NCBI GenBank assembly: GCA_965285935.1
Contig: OZ260661.1
Coordinates: forward strand, 121,086,001-121,150,000
Direction: 5' to 3'
Source: Ophelia neglecta
Lineage: Eukaryota
Length of the DNA stretch: 64,000 nucleotides
This document shows, piece after piece, positions 21,867 through 35,100 of the stretch (positions are counted from its first letter, which is position 1; the number at the start of each line of letters is the position of its first letter). A program made the position numbers and the translations under genes. The notes under the pieces were generated by a model, which had not been told where the DNA came from, did no database searches, and worked only from the letters and a program-made list of their open reading frames with translations.

Positions 21867-24800
21867 TGTTGTAATAGTACATGAGTATCATTAACTACTT
21901 ACCATTTAGTATGTAAGCCATAAGCGCCATTTTTATACTACTCCTTTTTACCTACTGCGCATGCTCGAGCTTCGTCTACCGCCAATGTTGTATCAAACAA
22001 CGAACACAATAAAGTTCACCGTTTATCGAAATACTTACCATCGTCAAGTATCACTACATGGTGGCAGCGGTGAACAACGAAGCAGTAGATATCCAGGAAG
22101 CAGCGGCACCAACAACTAGGACGCAAAGTAAGAAGAATCTCCAAACTTTGCCATCACCGCCCGTAGTTGTCGTCGCCTACACGAACGACTGCCACTCACA
22201 TGTGCCAACAAGGACATGTACATCCATATACGGTACGATCGTTCATCATACTAGCCAAGACTCTAGCTATATGCAACCTACCAGTCATATACACGGCACG
22301 ATCGCCATTCTGACTACATATCTACCTGGTTGCCATTTTAAAGTTTACCAGCCGGCTAGCTAAACGCTGTAGACTGTACTTTGACCCAGATCTACAACCA
22401 GATCTAATGACCGCACCAGACCGGACGAATCAGCACCGGACAAAGGAAAGACCTCATCAACGAGATTTCAACTACCAGATTGTCTGAGTAAACAGTGCAA
22501 GACACTTATAAGAGTAATTTAATCAGCATTTGGTAAATCAGTAATATATATCACATTTATTACCAGCTATCAGGAAATACAACTGCACTGAGACTTATTT
22601 CATATAATATTGTTGGACCTGCTAATCACTATAGCTACATATAAATATAGAGAGAGAAAGGACAAAAGCATTACATGTGTATCGAAGCTTTATTACTGAT
22701 AATTGATTTTGTACATATACTACCATTCTATGACATATTTTTTCTGTATGTACTACTCACCTGTTTATGCCATACCACATGTATTGTATGTTGTCAACTG
22801 TTGATTAATATTGTATAGTGCATTTATTGTAACACAACTCCACATAACTACACCACAATGTCTCATAAAATGCCAGAAGTTAACTGGGCAGCACCTGATT
22901 TAGCAGAGGAATTCAAAATTTTCAAACAGAGAATAGAATTATTCTATGAGGATCAAGAGGTCACAGATGGAGGCAAAAAAGCATTGAAATTAAAAATAGC
23001 TGTAGGACATGAAGGTCTTAGGAGAATCAACTCATCTGGTCTGTCAGATGATGACAAAAAAGATCACACAAAACTGTTCAAGCTTTTCGAGGATCAATTA
23101 AAAATCAAAGTCAACTTCAGGATTCATAGACTTGAATTTATGAGATATAAACAAAAACCAGGAGAAACCCTTGATGAGTTTGTAACAAGATGCAGACAAA
23201 AAGCAGCTGAATGTGATTTTGAACCTGCAGAATTATCAGAGCGAATACTTGAGCTGATCACAGCATCAACCCCTTTTGAAGCATTCCAAAAAGACTTGCT
23301 CGAAAAAGACAAAGGCTTCACCATTGAAGAAATTCTGAATGAAGGTAGAAAGTATGAAGCTGTCGCAGCAGGAACACAATGCCTGCAATCTCTAGAAGCC
23401 AGACCATCTATTGACTCTATTAATAGAAAGAAATGTGGTAATTGTGGTCTGTCTCACCCACCTAAGCAATGTCCTGCTTACTACGATACTTGCAAGGCAT
23501 GCCACTCTCTTGGACACTGGGCTAAATGCTGTAAGAAAACAAAACGTAAAGGGCAAAGAAACCAGTATTATCCCAATCGTTCCGTTCAGTCTTCTCAAAG
23601 TCATGACCGTCGACAATCGCGTGGAAGAGGACGTAGCCAATCTCGTGGCAGAGGAAGATCTGGGAGCAGGAGTGGTCCAAAAGGCAAACACAAAACTGAG
23701 CAAGTTGGTACCATGCAACAAACAAAGCAAGAAAATACAAGCCCAGAAAGCAAAGAAGAATATGACCAAACTTTCTATGCAATAACTATCTCTGGTTTAT
23801 GTATGAAGTCAGAAAGGAGCGAAGCATACACCTTGGTGAATGTTATTTGTCCCAACCTCTTGGGGCAACACAGATTGAAACTAAAGGTTGACACTGGGGC
23901 TAGTGGAAACACAATACCAGTACGAACCATGGAAATGATGTATGGCAAGGATCAATGGCAAACCCTTGCTGAACATCCGAAAGGAATCAAGCTTACTGCC
24001 TATAATGGGTCAGATATAAAATGCCTGGGAAGCATTAACCTTATGTGCAGATATCGTGCAACAGAGTGGTCGAAGGAAACATTTTACATTGTTGACGTTC
24101 CAGGACCAGCAGTGGTCGGGTTACCTTCATGTGACTCGCTAAAAATGGTGACTATCCACACAGTCAGCCAACCACTACCACAACAATCCGCAAATCAAAC
24201 AAACCTGCACAAACCAGCTATATGTATCAACTCTGTGGAAGATCTGAAAAATATGTACCCTGGACAGTTTGACACTATTGGTAACTTCAAGGGAACAGCC
24301 AAGCTCCACTTGAAGGACGATGCCCAGCCCAGCATCGATTCCCCCAGAAAATACAGTGTACATTTGAAACCAAAAATCAAAGCAGAGCTGGAAAATATGG
24401 AGCAGCAAGGAGTCATTCGGAAAATTGAGCACCATACAGACTGGTGCAGCTCCATGACATCAGCCGTTAAAAAAGACGGATCTCTAAGGATATGTATTGA
24501 TCCGAAGCGCCTTAACCAGGGACTCAAGAGATGCCCACACAAGGTTCCAACGCTTGAAGAACTCAATCCATCATTTGCAAAAGCCAAATACTTTTCCAAG
24601 CTAGATGCTAAGACAGGTTACTGGTCTGTACACCTGGACAAAGACTCACAGGAGCTAACTACTTTCAGAACACCTGTAGGCAGATACTGTTTCACCCGAC
24701 TTCCATTTGGTTTATCAGTCAGTCAAGACATTTTCCAACAACACATGGATAGGATTATTGAGCAATGCCCAGGATCAGTCGGAATTGCTGACGACATCGC

Positions 24801-27534
24801 AGTCACAGGGGAAACAGAGGAACAGCATGATGCTAACCTGATCAGCCTACTCGAAAAAGCCAAACAAGAAGGTCTTGTATTCAACAGCAAGAAATGTCTG
24901 ATCAAAACAGACAAAATCAACTTCTTCGGCTCAATCTACTCTAACACTGGGATCCACCCAGACCCGAGTAAAGTGGAGGACATCCATGATATGCCCACTC
25001 CACAAGATAAAGAAGATCTCCAAAGATTCTTAGGACTCATGAACTATGTGTCACCACACATACCGTACTATTCTGAAAAAACCAGCATCCTATGGGACCT
25101 GCTGAAGAAAGACATTCCTTACATTTGGCAGGAAGATCACCAGAAAACGTTCGAAGACTTGAAGCATTCTATTAATGTTGAATCTTGTCTCCAGTACTAC
25201 AACCCCAATGTAACCACAATCCTGGAAGTGGACAGTTCAATGAAAGGGCTCGGGGCTTGTCTACTTCAGAACGGCAAGCCAGTGGCTTTCGCATCAAAAA
25301 GTCTATCAAAAGCCCAAGCAAGTTACTCGAACATTGAACGTGAAACACTCGCATTAGTATTTGGAATAAACAGATTCCATACCTACCTGTTTGGAAAAGA
25401 GTTTAAGGTTTACACCGATCCCAAACCTCTTGTGATGATACTCGGGAAACCACTGATCAGCGCACCGCCCAGGCTTCAAAGACTTTTAGTCAAAATACAG
25501 GGATATTCCTTTGACATCGAATGGAAACCTGGGAAGACCATGATACTGTCTGACACACTTAGCAGACTACCCAACCCAAAGAAAACCGATGATATACCTC
25601 TAGATTTGCACATAGACGGTGTCAACATAGACCTCATCCACTTTGGGAGCGCCAAGCAGGAAGCTCTTCGTCGCGAAACCCAAGCTGACGCAATACTTCA
25701 ATCAGTATGGAAAATGATCATCGAAGGATGGCCTGAATCTATCAAGGAACTACCTCAGAACTTGAGGCCTTACTGGTCTTACCGGGATGAACTAGGGATT
25801 AGTCATGGTGTGATATTCAAAGGGAGACAGGTATTAATTCCAGAAACAATCAGAGCCGACATTCTGGAACAATTGCATGCGGGACACATGGGTATAGAGA
25901 AGACACGCAAGCTAGCGCGAGAATCAGTGTATTGGCCAAACATCCACAAAGACATTGAAAGCATGACAAAAACGTGTGATACTTGCCAAGAGCATCAGCC
26001 AGCACAGAAGAAACAACCGCTAGAAACCCATGAGATTCCTACAACTCCATGGACCAAACTAGGTACAGATCTGTTCCAAATTAACAAAGACAATTACCTG
26101 CTCATCACAGACTATCTGTCCAAATTCCCTGTGATCCATCATCTGAAAGACACATCAAGTGCTACTGTGGCTAAGAAGACAGCAGAAACATTCAGCCTGC
26201 TGGGATGTCCTGTCGAAATCATATCGGACAATGGGCCACAGTATATTGGAAAACCTTATCAAGATATGTGTCAAATGTATGGAATCAACCATATTACATC
26301 TTCACCCAGATACCCTCAGTCCAACGGTATGGTCGAGCGCATGGTCGGAACAGTCAAACCAATAATACGGAAATGCCTGAAGAAGGGTCAAGACATAAAC
26401 AAAGCACTTATGAATCTCCGAGCAACACCCATCGACACAGATTTGCCATCTCCGGCAGAAATCATGTTCGGAAGACCTATCAGGACCTGTCTACCCAGTG
26501 TGCAAACAACAAGCATGCGTAATAAGAGCAGCGAAGTTTTCAACAAGATAGAGAGGAGGAGAAAGACAATGGAAGAATCTACCAACAACAAACCAGAACT
26601 TTTACCTCTCCGCACTGGACAAAAAGTACGCATACTTGATCACGAAAACAAAACTTGGTGTCCAGCTACAATCACCAAAGTGTGTAAGGAGGCAAGATCG
26701 TATGAGGTCGTAACTCCAAACGGAACCAAACTACGTCGCAACAGATCCCATCTCAGGGAGATGCACACTGCATCACCTCAGAAAGTTGTGAAGAGAGTCC
26801 GATTTGAAGATGACACATCGACTCAAGCAACGCCTGCTAATCCAACGCCACAGCAATCACAGCAACAAAGTGTAAACACTAGCTGTGATCCAGAGAGCCA
26901 GGATCATTATGAACCAGCACACAACAACCACACTATACCTGAAACACTCAAACACCCAACACATATGATCAAACCAAAAACTGGTATGACACGATCAGGT
27001 CGAGTTGTTAAACAACCAAAACACCTAACTGATTATGTTGAGTTTTGATATATTATATGTTCTAAGATAAGCACAATTCATATTGGATTATTATTATTAT
27101 GTTTAAGAAAGCACGGAGTACGTCAATTTCAACATTTACTTTTAGTATATCTATTGAATGATTATAAGGGTAAAATACCAAACAGCTGACCAAAGCATTT
27201 GTCAATCATTATCTCATTGTTAACTGATACATTTTTATTCATAATAGATATTGTGTAACATAATATTTCCTGTAGAGATTGATCATCATAAGCAACGTTT
27301 GTTCATTATATACATTAACATATTTCTCTAGGAAGAGGGGGATGTTGTAATAGTACATGAGTATCATTAACTACTTACCATTTAGTATGTAAGCCATAAG
27401 CGCCATTTTTATACTACTCCTTTTTACCTACTGCGCATGCTCGAGCTTCGTCTACCGCCAATGTTGTATCAAACAACGAACACAATAAAGTTCACCGTTT
27501 ATCGAAATACTTACCATCGTCAAGTATCACTACA
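21867..27534 (+). mobile_element. Intact, recently inserted Ty3/Gypsy LTR retrotransposon (Mag-like clade)
   Basis: Identical 192-bp LTRs TGTTG...CTACA (21867-22058, 27343-27534). 5-bp TSD ACTTT. PBS TGGTGGCAGCGGTG complementary to the tRNA-Leu 3' end. PPT AGGAAGAGGGGGA at 27330-27342. Single ORF. Confidence 0.97.
22858..27048 (+). CDS. Gag-Pol polyprotein (Gag with two zinc knuckles, protease, RT, RNase H, integrase)
   Basis: CGNCGLSHPPKQC and CKACHSLGHWAKC knuckles; VDTGAS; LRICIDPKRLN, KLDAKTGYW, GIADDI; VDSS/IERE/YTD; HAGH..C..C; TDLF, SDNGPQY, NGMVER; C-terminal TRSGRVVKQP. The PR-RT-RH-IN order is Gypsy-type. Confidence 0.97.
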   Translation: MSHKMPEVNWAAPDLAEEFKIFKQRIELFYEDQEVTDGGKKALKLKIAVGHEGLRRINSSGLSDDDKKDHTKLFKLFEDQLKIKVNFRIHRLEFMRYKQKPGETLDEFVTRCRQKAAECDFEPAELSERILELITASTPFEAFQKDLLEKDKGFTIEEILNEGRKYEAVAAGTQCLQSLEARPSIDSINRKKCGNCGLSHPPKQCPAYYDTCKACHSLGHWAKCCKKTKRKGQRNQYYPNRSVQSSQSHDRRQSRGRGRSQSRGRGRSGSRSGPKGKHKTEQVGTMQQTKQENTSPESKEEYDQTFYAITISGLCMKSERSEAYTLVNVICPNLLGQHRLKLKVDTGASGNTIPVRTMEMMYGKDQWQTLAEHPKGIKLTAYNGSDIKCLGSINLMCRYRATEWSKETFYIVDVPGPAVVGLPSCDSLKMVTIHTVSQPLPQQSANQTNLHKPAICINSVEDLKNMYPGQFDTIGNFKGTAKLHLKDDAQPSIDSPRKYSVHLKPKIKAELENMEQQGVIRKIEHHTDWCSSMTSAVKKDGSLRICIDPKRLNQGLKRCPHKVPTLEELNPSFAKAKYFSKLDAKTGYWSVHLDKDSQELTTFRTPVGRYCFTRLPFGLSVSQDIFQQHMDRIIEQCPGSVGIADDIAVTGETEEQHDANLISLLEKAKQEGLVFNSKKCLIKTDKINFFGSIYSNTGIHPDPSKVEDIHDMPTPQDKEDLQRFLGLMNYVSPHIPYYSEKTSILWDLLKKDIPYIWQEDHQKTFEDLKHSINVESCLQYYNPNVTTILEVDSSMKGLGACLLQNGKPVAFASKSLSKAQASYSNIERETLALVFGINRFHTYLFGKEFKVYTDPKPLVMILGKPLISAPPRLQRLLVKIQGYSFDIEWKPGKTMILSDTLSRLPNPKKTDDIPLDLHIDGVNIDLIHFGSAKQEALRRETQADAILQSVWKMIIEGWPESIKELPQNLRPYWSYRDELGISHGVIFKGRQVLIPETIRADILEQLHAGHMGIEKTRKLARESVYWPNIHKDIESMTKTCDTCQEHQPAQKKQPLETHEIPTTPWTKLGTDLFQINKDNYLLITDYLSKFPVIHHLKDTSSATVAKKTAETFSLLGCPVEIISDNGPQYIGKPYQDMCQMYGINHITSSPRYPQSNGMVERMVGTVKPIIRKCLKKGQDINKALMNLRATPIDTDLPSPAEIMFGRPIRTCLPSVQTTSMRNKSSEVFNKIERRRKTMEESTNNKPELLPLRTGQKVRILDHENKTWCPATITKVCKEARSYEVVTPNGTKLRRNRSHLREMHTASPQKVVKRVRFEDDTSTQATPANPTPQQSQQQSVNTSCDPESQDHYEPAHNNHTIPETLKHPTHMIKPKTGMTRSGRVVKQPKHLTDYVEF

Positions 27535-29190
27535 ACTTTGGTCCAGCTACGAGAAACGCAAGTTGTCATGTACATGTATGAAGTACTGACTGATTTATTG
27601 GGAAGTATGTGGCGACACCGGTTGAATGCGTTATTAAGATATTGCTATGCTGCACAGTAGTAGTGCTCAGCATTCGAGTTGTATATGATTTTACAGTGAA
27701 CATCTGTTGGTCTTCATCGACGCTCATAGCAGTTGTGTGATATTACAGTGAACATCTGTTGGTTTTAATTGACTCCCGGAAATGGAGATGGTTTCATCTA
27801 CAAGCTCCAAGGCAAAGATCCCTAAGTTGGATTCAATATTCGCAAGACAATGGATATTCTTAATACTAAAATCGAATAAAATGGTGCCCCTTTCACAGGG
27901 AGTGATTTGCTTTATTTGCTGAACATTTAGGATTCAAACACAGAAAGGAGACTCCATGATTGCAGTCAGCTAATTGAGAGGCAGAGCAATTCATGAGATC
28001 CCTTGGAAAAAAAAGACACTTATACTGGCATAGCCTACACTTTTTCCTAAAATGGCAGGTAAAAAGTGTCTTATTTCAAAAGTGCCATTTAGTTAAATTA
28101 CCGGTAGGGTAAGGACATTTTTGAATATTCATTTCTAAAGAGTAGTATGCTTATTTTCTATCAAGCTAGAAGGTTTATTTATATGCTGAAATAAAATGTC
28201 AAAGGTGAAACAATTATTTAATCTTTCACAAGTAAAGTGGGCCTTCATGTTAGGCTTTTAACAAAATATAATACAAATTATGAAATGTAAGAAATGTTTT
28301 GGATGATCTGGTGTGGTCATCAGATTTGTCCTTGGCATGTTTTTCAATTGACAATTCATTTGATTGAAGTCAACTGGTAGACTAGTACGAACTTGCTTAC
28401 TTTAGGATATGTTCCTCTACATCAGTTGTGAGCTTGCATTACTAAAGGACTTGTTGCAATGATAGACAAGTGAACTTATTTCTAGATTGCAAAGATCGAG
28501 AAAATAATATTTTACCTAAACAGCCACATAATCAAGATTGTTATAAAACTAGTATGTTTCTGAGCAGATAACTCTTAACAAAAATGACACCTTAAAATTA
28601 CACTTTATTTGATAAGTGCACACATATATACCGGTAACAACTTAGCACTAGCTGTATCCAGGAGAAGTTGATGAACATGGTGAATGCCTTCATGTCAGAT
28701 ACACAGTCATGAAATGTCCTTTAACTTCTAGCAGTGACAAAGACAATAAAGGAATTACTTTGTTGAACATATTGATGTAAGGGTGTACGATAAGAAGCAG
28801 TGCGGGACACTTTTTTTACCTCAAGTAGTTAAACTGCAGCAAAAATAATTGCTCATTCTAAAACCCCAAACATTACCACAAAATGAAAATAAGAATGACT
28901 TCCCTAATTACCATTATGCAAAGCAATGAATAATTGAATATTATCACAGATAAATAAATAAATAAATAAAACCCTCTGATGAGAAACATATTACATAAAA
29001 TGATAAACAAACGTTTACAGGACCTTATTTAAGGGTTTAAAAATCAGTAACAGAGTATAAAATATTATGAATATAAAGTTGGTACTGTACTATAGACATT
29101 AAAGCACTTGACAATTTGTAGTTTTATCACAGCTCTAGTTTTAATTTTCCCCATCAGAGTGACTTGTACACACTAAATTCATGAGAGAAA

Positions 29191-32100
29191 TCAATAGTTA
29201 AAGTAGCCAGGGATTTCATCATCACTGTATTCCACAAAGGGAATGTGTCTCTGAATCCTGTGGGCTGCATTTCTGAGGGAAAAAAATAAATGCAAATTCA
29301 GTTAATTAAGTATACTTATTGATGATTGTGTAATTTTGCGACTTGGAAATTGTGAAGGATCAAATTGCTTGTAACTCAATCCTATCTCTATCAGATGTTT
29401 GTTTGTTACACATACTTAAATGGAAATGGGTGAGGAAAAGCCCCACCCCATCCATGCTAAGTGGTACCCTTCTTATTATCACATTCTCTGTAATAAGTGC
29501 CCAGTACACTTAAACATTTATGTGGTATTTTTATGCTTGAAACCCCCAAAAGCCTAATGAAAAGTCAAAATGGAAAGATTTTGAGAGAAAAAGGAGGGTG
29601 GGTGCTTATTAAGGCATGAGGACTCATTACAAAGAAAAGGTAGTAGATTAGGCATTACAAAATGCTTCAATTTTGTCCAGATTGGTATATAATAACAAAA
29701 AAGTCTCCTTAACAGCAGGGTGACAATGGTACTTTTGCCATCACAAAATTGGTAAAGCCTCCTTATAGAATTAGTGAATAAATACCTTTTCTGGTTGGCA
29801 CATGCCCAAACATAAATACATTTAATATATCCCTGCCCCCTCATCCCCCTCTCATCACCCCCCCCCCCCCCAACCAGTGCCACAAGTCTTTCTTTCTTAA
29901 TTTAAGACATAGACAGCATAGAACTGGCTTTTTTCTCTCCATTTGATGATTCACTACATTTATATGTACATAAGTCCAAAATTTGAGGCACATTTAGGGA
30001 CAAATGGAGTCAGACTATACTTACTTGGAGATACCCTTACAGTACAGCATGGTTAGCACTCTCATCTTCTTACAGCCCTTCTTGAGATATTTGAGAGACT
30101 TGTCCGTGATGTGAAGGCTACCCGAGATGTCCAGACTCATCAGATAATGGCAGACGCCGGACAGGTACTGTACACTCAGGTCTGTCAGCTAAGAGGCAGA
30201 GAGAACTCTCATAAACATAAGTGTATACCTACACAGGCAGACATTAGGTTTAATAATCTTTTTCAGCTGAAAACCTAAGCAATGAATTCTACAAATTTAG
30301 TTGGCAGATAGTAGGGTTGTTTAAATAGTACAGAAGATTTAACAGAGAAACATTTAGGCCTTAGTTTATTATTCTATATAACTTGTAAAATAATATAGTA
30401 ACATATGTGTGAGAAATAAACAGAAACCAACAAAGCATACATTTGATTAAACTGTTAAAAATTATTGTTGTTCTATTCGACAGGTTTTCTAAATTTGAAC
30501 TATTTTGAAAAAATTTGTTATAATATTTGTGACACCCTGGTTTAATTTTTTTTTAAGTTTAACAGATAGAACATACAGTTTCTGAAATAATTATTTTTTC
30601 TGAAATAAGTATTTCTTCAAGTTTACAGAACAATAAGCAGCAGCATAAGTTGACATACCAGTTTACAGCCAGCCAAGTTAAGGAATGTGATCATTCTACA
30701 GCAGAATGCAAGGTTTTTAATAGCACCATCAGTCAATAACTGAAATATATAAATAAGATTTATTATCAAACTGTGTTTATTCCCTTTTGCCATGTTTATC
30801 TAAAGAAAAAAGTGAAAGGAGCTATTATAAAATAGCATTTTTGAAGATTTCATAAAGATGATTTAATTATATAAAAGTGGTTTGAACATATTTTTATTGG
30901 AAATGGCCAAATAGTACAAGGCTAATTTAGCGGTCTCTCACTGGTCTGTTAAATATTAGTTAAACAAGAATCAAACTAGTTATATAAAAGTTAAACAAGA
31001 ATCAAACTGTGTCTGCCCTATAATACATTTTTATGTACAGTATAATATCAAGTAGTAGAGCTGTACTACTACAAATGGCAAGATGACACTACTTACCTGG
31101 CAATGTGAGAGGTCCAGTCGCTCTATTTCTGTACACTGCTGAGCAAACTTTTGCAGACCCAGATCGGTGATAGCAACACATTCTGCCAGGTTGACATCCT
31201 TCAGGCGAATGTTGTTACCCAGCGAAGACAGACCCTGTAAAGTATAAGCAGATGATATAAAGGACATTTACTGTAAAAAAAATTGGCAAAAAAAGGAAGG
31301 AATTCTAAATTAACTGGAGGCATTTGTTAGAGATACTGAAGGAACTATTTAAATAAATTATGCCCTGGTGAAAATCCTGGTATATTGAACACTGGTTGGC
31401 TAATAGACCGCTGCTTGGCTAATACACCAAGGTTTGACTTTTAGGCCACCGTTTAACTTAAAGACAACACCTCAGTGTATTCAGCGCTGCGCTGTTTGGT
31501 GCTGCACTGCTAGAGAACAATAGAATATCCCTACACTAACCCACATGCCACCTTTCTCTCAGTGCTGTGCCAACTAAACAGAAAACCTAGCCCACTGCTT
31601 GGGAAGTAGGTCACTGTTGGTGTATAGTCCACTGTTTGACTTATAGACCACTGATTTGGCTACATAATATAAATAAGTCCTTAGCTAAGTTTGTGATTAA
31701 AATACTTAACCAGGATTTCCTCCAAAAATAATCTTATAACTCATAGAAAGCAAAATTGAATTAGCTTTGGAGAAAACCTTAATGACAAACTTTTTACAAA
31801 TAGACGAGAGGCAAAAAGTTATAGATGGTAAGAGAGATATACAAAGTACTTAGTTGATCTCCACAGTTACAGACATAGATGTCCAGAGATGTCGAGACTG
31901 TGTCTGCCCTATCATTTGAGAGGGACATACAAAGTACCTACCTGATCCCCACAGTTACAGCCAGAGATGTCCAGAGATGTGAGACTGTGCGTCTGTCCTA
32001 GGAGCTCTATGCCTGCCTCGCTGATGTGCTCACAGAAGCAGACGCTGAGGTAGGCAAGGCTGTGACAGCGTTTGTGTATGTTTACCAAAGCGATGTCTCC

Positions 32101-35100
32101 CACTCGTACACAGTTGGTCAGGTTTAGCTCCTGGATCTTAGCACCACATGCACTCTCCACTAGGTACCGCACACCAGTGTCTGTGATTCTACAGTCAAGG
32201 TACAGAGAAACATACACTCAAGGACAAAATCCATTTACTGTGAAAGTAAGTAGTATAGTGCTTTCATTGATTTCACTATGTCAAACAACCTTTACATCAT
32301 GTTCACAAGGTGTGCCAATGAAATCCCTAAAAGAGTCTAGAAGGTCAACAACCAGTTTGACTGTTTGTTTTTTCTACATGTATAAGAGATTCCTGCCACT
32401 AGGAAGGCTTAAGTGTGTGTGTGTGATATAATTAATAAAAATCAAGAGTATATGAATCTATCCTCTGACATAGGATACTGACTTGTCCATTCAAGACATG
32501 ACCCACTGCTGCCTTGATGCACCATTATTATAAAAAAAATCACTGCTAATCAGAAAGATTCATGCCTACCCAACATGTATAACTATTTACACAAAATTCA
32601 TGTTAATAATAATAATAATAATAAAATTGTCACTTGAATAGCTCCTTTCCATTGCTTATGTTCAAAAGCACTGCACATAGCTTTAAAATTAAAATAAAAG
32701 TCATTGTATACTATCAAAATAAAGTTTCATCTATGAGAATGCTTTTTAGACAGTACATTATAGGTTCTTTTTAAATCTCACAATGGAGGAGTTGTTGATT
32801 TCAGCTGGGAGCCTATTCCAGACACAGGGACACAGGGACAGAATATAAAATGCTGGGTCTCCAAACCAAGCCATGTTTGTTTTGTGCTCAACAAGCAGCA
32901 TATTTCAGGCAGATGCAAGAGTGCACGTTACCTACTCTTTGCCCATTATATTTACTATTTCCATCTTCATTTGATAAAAAAAATTTTTGATAAAAAACTG
33001 ACTAATGGGATGCTAAAATGTATTCACAGTAACCATTTGTCACACAAAATCCAAATAATTCCCCTGCCAAAAGTCAGCTTTGCCTTACATTAAAAATACC
33101 ATAAGAAAATAAAAGAAAATAAGAGTAAGTGTACCTGACACAGTCAGCCAGATTGACAACGGTGAGGTTTCGACACTGAGTCAGACACTTGAGAGTCATA
33201 TCTGTGATCTTCTGACAATCTACCATGTACAGGTGATGGAGCTCATGACAGTATTTACCTATCTGTTTGAAGGAGGCATCTGTTATCTTTTGATTACCTG
33301 AAACAAGATGTCAATTTATAATTAACTTGACTACCTGACCTTTACAGAGCATAGCTCCAATGCTGTTCTTTCATTAATTGTCTTGTGATGCCTATATATT
33401 CATACTTTATAACCATAATTCTCAAATACATCAGGAAAATTCTGTTGAGGTTACACCATATCATCATCATGCATTACTAAGAGATGGCAGGATCACGAAA
33501 CCACAAAAATAATGCTGTATGTTGAAAGTACTGTTCTGGGTTTACCTTCTATTTTGATCTTCAGCAGGTTTTTATTGACTGCCAGGGCCTTAAAAGCATC
33601 ATCACTGACGTTGGGTGAGCCCAGGAAGGAAATGTACTGCAGGTTTTTACACTTGCCAGTCATTGCCTGAAAAAGGTAGTCATTTAACATGTAGAGTCTA
33701 AGATAACTGGCAAGGACTCCAGAGAGCCATTTACAAGCTGTGGGTCCATTAGTTACCTCAATTTACTCTCTTTTGTAGCAATAAATTCTAACAATCTTAT
33801 CCGACATTTGACAAATGCAAGGGCCAAAGATGACAGCATATATTGACTACGGTAAGAAGGTAAGAAGGAACCTTCCCTGCTGAGGATACCATTGAGTACA
33901 CGAGATGAGAAGGACATAGAACTCTTGACAGTGGTGTGGTGCATTCTACACAGAACCCTTGCCAGAGGTGCGGTTCACTCCACTCTTACACTTTCTCTTG
34001 TTAGAGGGATGTTGTTGATCATAATCTGACCCCCTCTCCGTGGGTCTTCCTCTTTGGCCACTGGCCGATGAGGGTGACCAATGGAATGGAGGAGAGGGGC
34101 GGACCTGAAGGGGCTCAAAGTCAGATTATGATGTGTTTTTTTTTCAAGTAGATCATAAAAATGAAAGTTGGCAGCATCACCAATTGGTCTATCCACTATG
34201 TCTACATGTTTTGACATATAATTCAGCAGTGAATGGGCTAAAGTGAACACAGAATCAATTTTACCTACAATATTAACTCAGCAAAAGATCTATGTGTAAG
34301 CAGTGTAGAGAAGATATTGTTTGAAATAATTTGGCCCTAAATGTTCTGGGAAAAGAACATAAAATTACGAATTACCAACCATCATAAATGTTCTCCACTT
34401 AGCATGCACAAATAATCTCAGCAGAAAAAACTGTAATATGCAAAGAAGAGCCTACCTCCATCCTGATAGAGGAAAGAAACACCATTATCAAGTTAAAACA
34501 CTAAAAACTGTTATACTAGGTTTCATATAGTAAAAAAACCAACATCAGAACTCTAAGGTCAAATACAAGGGCATGGGTGATTACTACTGAGAATAAGATA
34601 TTACTACTTAGACCTTTACACCGTCCATTTGGGAGTAAATTGACTAACCGTAATACAAAGTTCATCGAGAGAGAACTGTTCATTGAGTATCAGTGACTGG
34701 ATATTTGTACAGCCCTCTGCCAGGTTAGCGTAGCCCCCAGGAGTGAGCTGAAACAAAACAACAGAAATGACAGGTTAGTGTACCCCGGGTGCTAGCTGAT
34801 ACAAATCAACTGAATAATGACACATTTAGGTGCATAGTGAAATGTGAAAACCTGGACAGGCCAGGATATAAATATTTATTTGGCTGAAACATTACAGTCA
34901 TAAAAAACTGTGGTTTCACTCAATCTTTAAAAAAAATTTATATTGTTGCATTGCTTATTTTTACAGTTACACATATGAGGCAGATGTATGGGCTGGCCAG
35001 TAACATACCTGGACACATCCAGACATGTCAATGTGTGTCAGACGTTTGGCACATTTGCCGTTGGCCAGATATGTAAGACCCTTGTCTGTGAACTTCTTAC

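Noticed and set aside
23124-26633. Many short ORFs overlapping the Gag-Pol ORF
   Set aside because: Alternative-frame or antisense shadows of the polyprotein.
33757-34103. Possible cassette exon in an FBXL13 intron
   Set aside because: In-frame stop; the flanking exons already join correctly.
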